Below, one piece after another: positions 22,152 to 30,932 of a stretch of DNA of 60,124 nucleotides (position 1 is its first letter; every line of letters begins with the position of its first letter). Below the pieces are notes generated by a model. The model saw only the letters and a list, made by a program, of their open reading frames with translations, searched no databases and was not told the origin of the DNA. Both the position numbers and the translations under genes were made by a program. This stretch comes from Planctomycetota bacterium (lineage in GTDB: Bacteria; Planctomycetota; UBA11346), in assembly GCA_038213805.1 (NCBI GenBank), contig JBBQSO010000028.1, positions 1 through 60,124 of the forward strand, read 5' to 3'.

Positions 22152-22588
22152 GGTGGACTCCAGGATGCGGATGGGGGTGGCGGGGCCGTCGCCGCACGCT
22201 GGTGCGACGGCAGGCCGGGCGCGTCGCCGCCGGATGCCGGGCTCCGGAAACGGATACGCGTAGGAGGCTCATGGACCGGTCGGTGCGGAAGCGGAGTCCG
22301 CACCGGTGCCGGTAGAGGGCGTGAGGGAGGTGCACGAGCCGGACCTGCAGGCGGGGGCCTGGGGGTGCGGCACAGGCGGCATGGATGAGGCGGGGGCCGT
22401 CAGCGGGCCGTCGATCACGCGGGTGATCGACGGCCTCGCCAGGACGGCGTGCCGGCAGGAATCAGCGGGACGGTCGCGGACAAGCGGCGCGGACGATCCT
22501 GTTCCGTCGGGGCAGGCGAGGGACCTGGTTCCTGCCGTTCAGCCCGGTGCGTACCGGGAGCCATGGGGATGGCGGTCTCATGCGAAAA

Positions 22589-22620
22589 AGTGTAGCAGCA
22601 GATGGGGTTTATTCAAACCC
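22589..22620 (-). promoter_or_regulatory. Sigma70-type promoter with a palindromic operator over the -35
   Basis: Minus strand reads TTGAAT-16 nt-TACACT with an extended -10 TG; palindrome GGGTTT-attc-AAACCC at 22605-22620. Confidence 0.6.
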
Positions 22621-22687
22621 TATTTGGACGCGCAGACCTGGGACTAGCGACCACTCTGAGGGGCGCTGGGGACCTGGGGACCGTGCC

Positions 22688-22954
22688 TCAGGCCGGCGGC
22701 TGTGCGGCGGGGGCCTTGCGGCGGAAGCACGTCATCAGTCCCAGAATGATCAGCAGCAGTCCCAGGCTGCCGGCCACGCCAACGGCGACGAGCAGGGTGT
22801 CGCTGGTGAGCGGGATCTCCTGGCCGAACAGCTCAATGGTGCCCTGGCCGCCGCGTTCGATCAGCCGTTCGTGGTTGATGAACCACACCCACCCGGCCAT
22901 GGCCAGGACGGCGCTGCCCGCAATGAGGCGGAGGAGACCGGAAAGGATGTTCAT
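22688..22954 (-). CDS. Small two-TM membrane protein
   Basis: 88 aa with two hydrophobic helices; GGAG RBS upstream. Confidence 0.75.
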   Translation of the reverse strand: MNILSGLLRLIAGSAVLAMAGWVWFINHERLIERGGQGTIELFGQEIPLTSDTLLVAVGVAGSLGLLLIILGLMTCFRRKAPAAQPPA

Positions 22955-23058
22955 GGCGGCTCCAGGGGCGGCGGTGGCGCAGGGCCCGGATCTGACGTGG
23001 CGGCAGCGCCGGATCCAGACGGCGGGTTGCCGGGCGCGTCGATGGGACGGGCAGCTGG

Positions 23059-23085
23059 CCTACCGCGCCTACCGCGCCTACCGCG
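23059..23085. repeat. Tandem nonamer (CCTACCGCG)x3
   Basis: Read directly in the divergent promoter region upstream of cheX. Confidence 0.9.
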
Positions 23086-23177
23086 CCGTACCGGTCCGTC
23101 TTGCGGCTGGCGCGGCGCTGAGGTAGGATCATGGGCACCACCACGGATGGACGGTCGACATGGTCAGCGCGAGCGGA

Positions 23178-23645
23178 ATGAATGTCGATTACATCAACCC
23201 GTTCATCGAGGCGACGGTCACGACCTTCCAGTCGATGTGTGCGCTGCTGGTGGCACGCGAGAAGGTCTTCCTCAAGGGCAACGACCAGGTGAACTACGGC
23301 GTCAGCGGCATCATCGGCCTCGCTGGCGAGGCCCAGGGCGCGGTGGTGCTGAGCTTCCCCGAGGACACCGCGCGCAAGGTCATCGGCAAGCTGGTCGGCG
23401 AAGAGTTCGAGACCATCAACGCCGCGGTGGTCGATGGCGTCGGCGAGCTCACCAACATCATCGCCGGCGATGCCAAGAACCGCCTGGCCCAGAAGGGCTA
23501 CAAGTTCGACCTCGGCCTGCCGCGCATCGTCTCCGGCCGCAGCCACATCGCCGCGCAGAGCCGCGGCGTGCAGTGCCTGGTCATCACCTTCAAGTCCGAG
23601 TCCGGGCCCTTCTCCCTGGAAGTCAGCCTCAAGAAGACCGGTTGA
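23178..23645 (+). CDS. cheX: CheX-family phosphatase
   Basis: MNVDYINPF, VSGIIGLAG, GELTNIIAG (ExxN) and LPRIVSG motifs. Confidence 0.9.
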   Translation: MNVDYINPFIEATVTTFQSMCALLVAREKVFLKGNDQVNYGVSGIIGLAGEAQGAVVLSFPEDTARKVIGKLVGEEFETINAAVVDGVGELTNIIAGDAKNRLAQKGYKFDLGLPRIVSGRSHIAAQSRGVQCLVITFKSESGPFSLEVSLKKTG

Positions 23646-23646
23646 G

Positions 23647-24474
23647 ATGGCGGCGGCGGAGCAGCCCGGTCCGGCCGCCGACGAGCGCGAGCTGCTGCGC
23701 GAGCGCATGGCCGGCCTCGGTGCGATCGCCGCTGGCGTCGCCCACGAACTGAACAATCCGATCGGCTACATCGCCAGCAATCTCAACACCCTCGGCCGCT
23801 ACGGTACGGCGCTGGTGAGCCTCGTCGCGCACGCCGACGCGGCCATCCCGGAGAGCGGCCGCGCCGCCTGGGACGAGGCCAAGGCCGCCGCGCGCTGGGA
23901 CTATCTGCGCGGCGACCTGCCGGCGCTGATCGACGAGACGCGCGCCGGCGCCCGGCACTTGACGGTGGTGGTGAACGAGCTCAAGGCGCTCGCGCGCAGC
24001 ACCCGCGACCCCGAACAGGTCGCCCCCGACGCGTGCGTCCGCGCGGCCCTGACCGTGCTCGCGCATCAGCTCAAGCACCGCATCGTCGTGCAGCAGGAGC
24101 TCGCCGCTGATGCGCCGCTGGCGCTGGTGCGCGCGCAGGTCGTGCAGGTGTTCATCAACCTCGTGCACAACGCCGTGCAGTCGCTCGGCGAGCGCGGGGG
24201 CACGCTGCGCATCACCAGTATCCAGGACGCGGATGGCGCGACGGTGAGCGTCGAGGACGACGGCCCGGGCGTGCCCGTGGAGCGCCGCGCGGGCATCTTC
24301 GCGCCATTCGTCACCACCAAGACCGGCGGCAGCGGCCTTGGCCTGGCGATCGCCGCGCGCATCGCGCGCAGCCACGGCGGCGACATCGCCTGCGACGCCA
24401 GCCCGGCGCTCGGCGGAGCGCGCTTCAGCGTGCGTCTCGCCGGCTGGTGCGGCCAGGCGGGAGCGCAGCCATGA
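23647..24474 (+). CDS. Cytoplasmic histidine kinase lacking a sensor domain
   Basis: AGVAHELNNP H-box near the N-terminus; NLVHNA, DDGPG, PFVTTK and GSGLGL boxes. Confidence 0.9.
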   Translation: MAAAEQPGPAADERELLRERMAGLGAIAAGVAHELNNPIGYIASNLNTLGRYGTALVSLVAHADAAIPESGRAAWDEAKAAARWDYLRGDLPALIDETRAGARHLTVVVNELKALARSTRDPEQVAPDACVRAALTVLAHQLKHRIVVQQELAADAPLALVRAQVVQVFINLVHNAVQSLGERGGTLRITSIQDADGATVSVEDDGPGVPVERRAGIFAPFVTTKTGGSGLGLAIAARIARSHGGDIACDASPALGGARFSVRLAGWCGQAGAQP

Positions 24475-25307
24475 GCGCACGCGTGCTGATCGTCGACGAC
24501 GAGGCCGCCATCCGCAGCAGCCTGGCGCGGCTGTTCGCCTTCGAGCCGTGGCGCCTTGTGGTGGTCGCCGACGGTACCGAAGCGCTGGCCGCGCTCGCTG
24601 GCGAGGAGTTCGCGGTCGCGCTCAGCGACTACCATCTGCCGGGCATGAGCGGCGGCGAGCTGCTGCGCCGCATCCGCGAGCGCAGCCCCGACACCAGCCG
24701 CATCCTGTTCAGCGGCCACGTCGACGTCGAGCTGATCCGCGCCGCGGTCAACGCCGGCGAGGTCTACCGCTTCGTGACCAAGCCGTGGAACGACGACGAG
24801 CTGCTGCTCGCGGTGCGCCATGGCGTCGAGCGCTGGCAGCTGCTCAGCCGCAACCGCGTCCTGGCGGTGCAGGCCGACGAGCAGAACCGCCTGCTGCGCA
24901 CCTTCAACGCCGAGCTCGAGGACAAGGTTGCGCACCGCACCGCCGACCTCGAGCTGCGCAACCGCGCGCTGGTGCTCAGCCAGGAGGTGCTCGACGGCCT
25001 GCCGGTGGCGGTGCTCGGCTTCGCCCCCGACGGCCAGGTGGCGCTGGCCAACGCGCTGGCGCGCGAACTCTTCCCCAACCTGCTGCCCGGCGAGGACGCG
25101 GCGCTGCTGCCCGAGCCGTTCCGCGCCTGGCTCGCCGCCGCCACCGCCGGCGCTGGCACGCCCCTGCTGCTCGCCACCGCGCTCGGCACCATGCGCTTCG
25201 AGACGCTGCAGCTCGCGGGGCGCGGTGTGGTCGTCACCGCCATCCCGCTCGGCCCGGCCGCTGCCCTGCCGGTGCCGTCCGGCCGGCGCCACGAGGTGGC
25301 GCCATGA
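24471..25307 (+). CDS. Response regulator (REC + coiled coil + PAS-like domain)
   Basis: LIVDDE, SDYHLPGMSG and TKPW motifs, followed by VLDGLPVAVLGF..DGQVALAN. ATGA overlap with the kinase. Confidence 0.88.
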   Translation: MSARVLIVDDEAAIRSSLARLFAFEPWRLVVVADGTEALAALAGEEFAVALSDYHLPGMSGGELLRRIRERSPDTSRILFSGHVDVELIRAAVNAGEVYRFVTKPWNDDELLLAVRHGVERWQLLSRNRVLAVQADEQNRLLRTFNAELEDKVAHRTADLELRNRALVLSQEVLDGLPVAVLGFAPDGQVALANALARELFPNLLPGEDAALLPEPFRAWLAAATAGAGTPLLLATALGTMRFETLQLAGRGVVVTAIPLGPAAALPVPSGRRHEVAP

Positions 25308-26905
25308 ATGCCGCGCTCGGCTCGGTGCTGGTGGTCGACGACGAGCCGAACGTGCTGCGCGCGCTCGGCCGCCTCGACTTCGGCGCGCCGTTCGCGCTGC
25401 ACCTGTGCGCCGGCACCGCCGCCGCGAACCTCGCCCTCGCCGAGCACACCGTCGAGGTCGCGCTGGTCGACCAGCACCTCGGCCCGGGCGATCCATCGGG
25501 CCTCGACTTCCTTGCCGACCTGCGCCGCCGTGACCCGGACTGCTACCGCATCATCTTCACCGGTGCGGCCGACCTGCAGTTCGCCGCCGACGCCATCAAC
25601 CGCGGCCTGATCGATGCCTTCCTGGTCAAGCCGTGGGCGGACGAGCACCTCATCGCGTTGCTCTACCAGGGTTGCGAGACCGCGCTGCTGCGCCGCCACA
25701 ACCGCCAGCTCGCCCAGGAGCTGTCGCAGCGCAACGCCGCGCTCGAGTACCTGAATGAGCAGCTCGAACGCATGGTCGAGGAGCGCACCGCCAATCTGCG
25801 CCAGACCCTCGACCAGATGCGTCACCAGCAGCAGGAGCTGGTCCGCCTTGAAACCCAGGGCACGGTCAGCCAGCTCGCGCGCGGCCTCGCCCACGAGCTC
25901 AACAACCCGCTCGCCGCGATCATGGGCTACACCCAGCGCCTGCAGCGCAAGCTCGCTGCCGACCCCGATTCCATGCAGCGCCTCGAGATCGTGCTGCAGG
26001 AGGTCGAGCGCTGCCGCGGCTTGGTCGACCAGCTACGCGGTCTGGCCGCGCCGCTCGACGAGGCGCAGGTGCCGTGCCGCCCCGAGGAGGCCCTCGCCCA
26101 GGCCGGCGCGCGCCTGCGCACCACCGACCGGCCCCCGCCACAGGTGCGCATCGAGGGCGTGATGCCCACGGTGTTCGCCGCGCCGCGTTCGCTGGTGCGG
26201 GTCTTCGAGCTGGTCCTGGACAACGCCCGCCTGGCGGGAGCCACCGCCTGCTGGTTGAGCACCGAGCCGAGCGGGCAGCGCGTGCGCATCATCCTCGCCA
26301 ACGACGGTGCGACGCCCACCGACGAGGCCATCCACAACGCCACCCGTCCGTTCTTCACCACCATGTCGCAGCAGGGCCGGCGCGGTCTCGGCCTGGCCAT
26401 CGCCGCGACCCTGCTGCGCGAGCAGGGCGGCACCATCGAGCTGGACCGCCGCCCCGGCGGTGCGCCCGGCGCGGTGTGCGTGATCAGCCTGCCCACGCCG
26501 ACGCCCACGCCACTGTCCCAGGCGGTGCTGCCCGACGGACCGCTGATCGGGGCCGTGCTGATCGTTGATGACGACCCGCACATCGCCGAGCTGTTGCGCG
26601 ACTGCCTCGAGGAGGGGGAACTGCCGGTGCTGGTGGTGGGTTCGGTCGCCGACGCGGTCGCCACGGTCGAGCGGCAGAGCGTGCGCGCGGTGATCTGCGA
26701 TCTGCATTTGCGCGACGGCGATGGCGCCACCCTGCTGCGCCGGCTCACGGCGATGCGCCCTGGCCTTGCCGGCCACCTCGCGATGATCACCGGCGTGGCG
26801 GACTCCGCGGCCCTGTCACGCCTGCTTGGCGACACCGAACTGCCGGTGTTGTACAAGCCGTTCCGCTTGGAAGAGGTGCGCAAGCTGGTGCGGAAGATCC
26901 TGTAG
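25304..26905 (+). CDS. Hybrid kinase, REC-HisKA-HATPase-REC
   Basis: N-terminal REC, GLAHELNNPL, divergent HATPase (DNA, NDGATP, PFFTT, GLGL) and a C-terminal REC (IVDDD, CDLHL, KPF). Confidence 0.88.
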   Translation: MNAALGSVLVVDDEPNVLRALGRLDFGAPFALHLCAGTAAANLALAEHTVEVALVDQHLGPGDPSGLDFLADLRRRDPDCYRIIFTGAADLQFAADAINRGLIDAFLVKPWADEHLIALLYQGCETALLRRHNRQLAQELSQRNAALEYLNEQLERMVEERTANLRQTLDQMRHQQQELVRLETQGTVSQLARGLAHELNNPLAAIMGYTQRLQRKLAADPDSMQRLEIVLQEVERCRGLVDQLRGLAAPLDEAQVPCRPEEALAQAGARLRTTDRPPPQVRIEGVMPTVFAAPRSLVRVFELVLDNARLAGATACWLSTEPSGQRVRIILANDGATPTDEAIHNATRPFFTTMSQQGRRGLGLAIAATLLREQGGTIELDRRPGGAPGAVCVISLPTPTPTPLSQAVLPDGPLIGAVLIVDDDPHIAELLRDCLEEGELPVLVVGSVADAVATVERQSVRAVICDLHLRDGDGATLLRRLTAMRPGLAGHLAMITGVADSAALSRLLGDTELPVLYKPFRLEEVRKLVRKIL

Positions 26906-26910
26906 GATCG

Positions 26911-26938
26911 GCTGATGGCTGATGGCTGATGGCTGATG
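26911..26938. repeat. Tandem heptamer (GCTGATG)x4, reverse complement of the 1-63 array
   Basis: Four perfect copies between two convergent stop codons. Confidence 0.95.
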
Positions 26939-26962
26939 GGCGCGGTGCGCCACAGGACTTCG

Positions 26963-28771
26963 TCAGAGCGCGCGCCGGCAGGCGAACAGCAGGAGGGTCG
27001 CGAGCGCGGCGAATCCAGCGCCCAGGCCGCACCCACCGCCATTACCACCGCCGCTTGTGGCGGCGCCACCAGTGGCTCCGCCACCGCTCGGCGCGGTGAC
27101 CATCAGGATCTGCGCCGCTGATGCGCCGCCGCCCGGAATCGGGTTCACCACGCGGATCTGCGAGGTGCCGGCACTGGCGACGTAGCCGGCGGGCACCGCC
27201 ACAGTCAACGCGCCGCTGCTGGTGGTGAGCGGTGTCAGGTCGGCTTGGCCCGCCCAGCTCACCGTCGCGGACGGCAGGAAGTCGGCGCCGCTCAGGGTCA
27301 TGGTGAAGGCGCCGGCGCCGGCGGCCCACGACGCGGGCGAGATCGCCGCCAGGGTCGGCGCCGGATTGGCGCTGCCGTCCGCCAGCACCGTCACCACCAC
27401 GGCGTCGTAGGCCGGGGTGTGGGCGCCATCGCTGGCGGTGAGGAGCAGGGTGTAGGCGCCGGGGCTGCCGAAGCCCACCGTGGTGGTGAGCGCACCCGGG
27501 GTGCTGAAGGTGACGGTGCCGGGCGCGGCAGCGGGATCGTACAGGCTCCAGGTGGTGGTGAGGCCGCTGCCGCTGGCGCTGCCCGACAGCATCGCGCCGG
27601 CCGCGAGCTGCACGGTCTGGTCGCCGCCGGCATCGGCCGCGGGCGCGTTGGCGGCGCGCGGGCCTTCCGTCGGGCCGGTTGCGACCACCACCTCGAAGTC
27701 GCCGATGTCGATGGTCTGCACCTGGTCGAAGCAGCCGCTGGCGAAGCGCTGGTCGGGACAGGCCGAGACCGACAGGAAGCCGCCGTTGTCGGCGACCAGC
27801 CCGCCATAGGTCTGCAGCGCGGTGGCGACCGCCTTCGACTCCTTCGTCCAGCCGGAGGGGATGGCGAATCCTGCGCGCAGCCGGATGCGCTGCCCCATCG
27901 CGGGATAGGTGGTGGCGCTGGCCGCGACCGAGCCCGCGTCGTGGCTGGCCGGGTAGATGTGCGCGCGGCGCGACTTGGCCACCACCACGCGCAGCGCGTG
28001 CTCGATGACGCCGCGCACCGCGCACTCGTCGTAGCGGATCAGCGCCGGGAACAGCGGCAGGCCCGCGGCGTCGCCGGAGGTCAGGCCATCCGCGCGCAGG
28101 GTGTCGCTGTCGAAGCGGAAGATCGCGCCGTTGGAGGCCTGCCACGCCGGCGTGTTCCCGGTCAGCAGCGCCTGCCAGGTCTCGAACAGGCGCGGCGTGG
28201 CGCCGGGCTGCACGATGATGGAGTGACGATCCTCGTCGTTCACCGTGCGCTGCCAGGTGTCCAGCGTCTCGCCGGACGGTCGGGCCGCGGGCCAGCTCTC
28301 CACCGGCATGACGGTGGGGATCGGCCAGGTCGCGACCGGCGCGGTACCGCCGTTGTAGTCGCAATCGTCGGGGTAGGTCACGAAGCGCATGCCGATGAGC
28401 GGCTGGGTCGGCGGCACCAGCACGTAGTTCATCTCGCTGAAGATGCGCAGGGTGTTGCGCCCGCTGCCCTTGGCCAGCACGTCCGCCCGGATCTGCGCGA
28501 TCATCGCATCCGAACCCGGATCCTTCGGCCGGCCGGCGACGACCTCGTTCCAGGCGTTGTCGCGCGGCATGATCTGCAGCGCCGCCACGATGGCGTCGGC
28601 CTGCGGCGTGTTGAACAGCACCGGCGCGGTCACCACCGGCTCGGGACCCAGGATGCGCCCGGCGTGGTTGATGCGCTCGACGCCGGACAGCGCCGCCGCG
28701 GGCAGCAGCAGCAGTGCCGGCGCGGCGAGCAGGCACAGGCGCGTGCGGGTGGTCGGGCTGGGCATGGTCAC
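26963..28771 (-). CDS. Secreted/surface protein with PKD- and IPT/TIG-like domains and a C-terminal Gly/Cys-TM-basic tail
   Basis: Signal peptide, an uncharacterised N-terminal domain, APAADAGGDQTV (PKD-like), NPAPTLAAISP..V.NP.PGGG.S (IPT-like), and the tail GGGCGLGAGFAALATLLLFACRRAL. Confidence 0.8.
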   Translation of the reverse strand: MTMPSPTTRTRLCLLAAPALLLLPAAALSGVERINHAGRILGPEPVVTAPVLFNTPQADAIVAALQIMPRDNAWNEVVAGRPKDPGSDAMIAQIRADVLAKGSGRNTLRIFSEMNYVLVPPTQPLIGMRFVTYPDDCDYNGGTAPVATWPIPTVMPVESWPAARPSGETLDTWQRTVNDEDRHSIIVQPGATPRLFETWQALLTGNTPAWQASNGAIFRFDSDTLRADGLTSGDAAGLPLFPALIRYDECAVRGVIEHALRVVVAKSRRAHIYPASHDAGSVAASATTYPAMGQRIRLRAGFAIPSGWTKESKAVATALQTYGGLVADNGGFLSVSACPDQRFASGCFDQVQTIDIGDFEVVVATGPTEGPRAANAPAADAGGDQTVQLAAGAMLSGSASGSGLTTTWSLYDPAAAPGTVTFSTPGALTTTVGFGSPGAYTLLLTASDGAHTPAYDAVVVTVLADGSANPAPTLAAISPASWAAGAGAFTMTLSGADFLPSATVSWAGQADLTPLTTSSGALTVAVPAGYVASAGTSQIRVVNPIPGGGASAAQILMVTAPSGGGATGGAATSGGGNGGGCGLGAGFAALATLLLFACRRAL

Positions 28772-30099
28772 CTCGGCATCAGGGTGGGCACGCGCACGCG
28801 CGCGCTGTCGATCTCGAGCGAACCGCCCTGGCGGACGTAGAAGGCCAGGGGGCCGGCGCGCGGGGGCAGGCCCGCGCCGGCTTGCAGCGGCACCGCCACG
28901 CCATCGACGGTCACGCGCAGGTCGGTGCCGTGCTGGGTGAGGGCGACCGCCACCCAGGCGCCGTCATGCGCGGGGACCTCTGCGAACCAGTTGTAGTCAC
29001 CGACCTGGATCTCGGCGACCGACGCGTCGCTGACGCGTAGCCGGCAGGTCAGCTCGACATCCTGGTAGGCAAGCCGGCCGAGCAGGCGCGCCGCGTCCTG
29101 CACCCCGGCGACGCCGCGCACCGTGCCATCGTGCCATGTCCAGGCGCCGTGCTGCGGGCTCCACTCGCCGAGGCCGTCGGCGGCGAACAGCGGCATCCAG
29201 ACGGGCTCGTCACTGGTCGGAGCGGTCGCGAGCGGCGGTGCTGGCACCGCTGCGCCAGCCACGGGATCTGGCTCGCTGAGCGCATGCGCGGCGAATTCCA
29301 CGTCTGTGGCGATGGTGGCGGTCTCCATGCCGCGCAGCACCACCTTGCTGCCGTCAGCCACGCGCAGCATGCGCACCACCCCCGTGAACAGGTCGACCTG
29401 GGTGCGCTGCGCCTGCGCGCTGACCGTGAAGTGCGTGCCGAGCACCTCGATGCGCGCCTCGGCGGTGGCGATGGCGAAGGGCAGGCCGGGGCGCTGACGC
29501 GCGATCTCGGCGGTGAGCGTGCCACGCTCGAGCAGCAGGCCGGGACCGGTCCCCGGACGCACCACGCGTACCTGCGCGCCGGAGGCGAGGTCGAGGCGCG
29601 AGCCATCGGCCCACACCAGCGCCACCGGGCCATCGGCCGCGAGCCGGTCACCGCTGTGTAGCGGCGTGCCTGCGTTTGCGGCCACCGTCGTGCTGCCGCG
29701 CCCGACCAGGCCGTGTCCAGAGGCGACGCGGCATTCGGTCGTCGCCGCCGGCAGGATCAGCCCGGCCCACCACGCGCCGCCAAGCGCCACCAGCAGCAGC
29801 GCGGCCACCGCCAGGCGCGCCGGCCACGCACTGGTGGTCCGGCGCCGGCGACCGAGCGAGCGCTGCACCGCGCGCACCATGGTGCTGGCCGAGCTCTCCG
29901 CCGCCAGACGCTCGGCGATGCTGCGCTCGGCAGCAGCATCGCCGATGAAGGCCTGCCCGATGAGCCCGTCCAGGGCCATGCTGGCGCGCACCGCCGCCGC
30001 GCCGTCGCCGCGCAGGGCCTGCTCAAGCAGCAATGCGCCGTCGCCATCGAGGGTGCCGTCACGGTAGGCCGCGATCGCCAGTTCGAGCGCCTCGTTCAC
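28768..30099 (-). CDS. FecR-domain anti-sigma factor
   Basis: Cytoplasmic N-terminus, single TM, then DGSRLDL, LERGTL and IEVLGTHF (FecR). Overlaps the sigma gene stop. Confidence 0.87.
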   Translation of the reverse strand: MNEALELAIAAYRDGTLDGDGALLLEQALRGDGAAAVRASMALDGLIGQAFIGDAAAERSIAERLAAESSASTMVRAVQRSLGRRRRTTSAWPARLAVAALLLVALGGAWWAGLILPAATTECRVASGHGLVGRGSTTVAANAGTPLHSGDRLAADGPVALVWADGSRLDLASGAQVRVVRPGTGPGLLLERGTLTAEIARQRPGLPFAIATAEARIEVLGTHFTVSAQAQRTQVDLFTGVVRMLRVADGSKVVLRGMETATIATDVEFAAHALSEPDPVAGAAVPAPPLATAPTSDEPVWMPLFAADGLGEWSPQHGAWTWHDGTVRGVAGVQDAARLLGRLAYQDVELTCRLRVSDASVAEIQVGDYNWFAEVPAHDGAWVAVALTQHGTDLRVTVDGVAVPLQAGAGLPPRAGPLAFYVRQGGSLEIDSARVRVPTLMPR

Positions 30100-30629
30100 G
30101 GCGCCGCCTGCGCGACGCAGCGCTGCAGCACGCCCTTGAGGCGCAGCAGGATCATCGACACGGCGTTCGGGGACTTGCCCAGGGCGGTGGCCAGGGCCTG
30201 CACCGCGGCGCCCTGCGCATAGCGCCGTTCGAGCAGCTCGCGATGCCCGGCATCGAGCTGCCCGAGGCAGCGGCGCAGCGCCGCGAGGCGGCCGTCCACC
30301 GCTTCGTCCACGGTCGGCGCGGCGAGCAGCGCCTCATCCACCAGCGCCAGCTCGCGGCGCCGCCGCGGCAGCCGGTCGCGCAGGAACTTCAGGGTGCGGT
30401 TGCGGCAGATGGTGCGCAGCCACGGCCCGAATTCGCGCTCAGGGTCGAAGCGCGCCAGCCCCAGCCACGCATCGACGAAGGACGCCTGCACCACCTCCAG
30501 CACGTCGCCCTGCTCATGCAGCGTCAGCGCCGTCTGCGCGCGCAGCCGCGCCTGGTGCAGCCGCACCAGCCCGCTGAAGGCCTCGCGGTCCCCGGCGCAG
30601 GCGGCGATGATGAGGGCGGATTCGTCCAC
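30096..30629 (-). CDS. ECF RNA polymerase sigma factor
   Basis: AGDREAFSGLV, region 2 (QASFVDAW..FGPWLRTICRN) and region 4 (CLGQL..RELLERRY..LGKSPNAV). Confidence 0.92.
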   Translation of the reverse strand: MDESALIIAACAGDREAFSGLVRLHQARLRAQTALTLHEQGDVLEVVQASFVDAWLGLARFDPEREFGPWLRTICRNRTLKFLRDRLPRRRRELALVDEALLAAPTVDEAVDGRLAALRRCLGQLDAGHRELLERRYAQGAAVQALATALGKSPNAVSMILLRLKGVLQRCVAQAAP

Positions 30630-30741
30630 GCAGGGCTCCCTGCAGGAACATATCCCACCCGCGTGCCGATCTCACGGAGCAATCCCCCGCGCTCGAGGTA
30701 AATTACGACAACCTGTGTGAGGACAAAGATTAACGGTTTCG

Positions 30742-30905
30742 AACGCAGAGACGCGGAGGGGCAAGGCACGGAGGCTCGCAGAGGCGAGCGCACCAGGGAA
30801 CCCTGCGGTGGTGGAAGGCCCACCTCAGAGGCCTGGGGATGGGGGCCAAATCCTTCCGGCCGTCCTCTGCGGCCTGCTGCCTTCCCCCTCTGCGCCCTCT
30901 GCGTT
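30742..30905. repeat. Imperfect ~43-bp inverted repeat with an ~80-bp spacer
   Basis: AACGCAGAGACGCGGAGGGGCAAGGCA...CGCAGAGG (30742-30784) pairs with CCTCTGCG...TGCCTTCCCCCTCTGCGCCCTCTGCGTT (30864-30905). Confidence 0.85.
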
Positions 30906-30932
30906 AAAATATCCGCAGCGCCTCATCCACGC

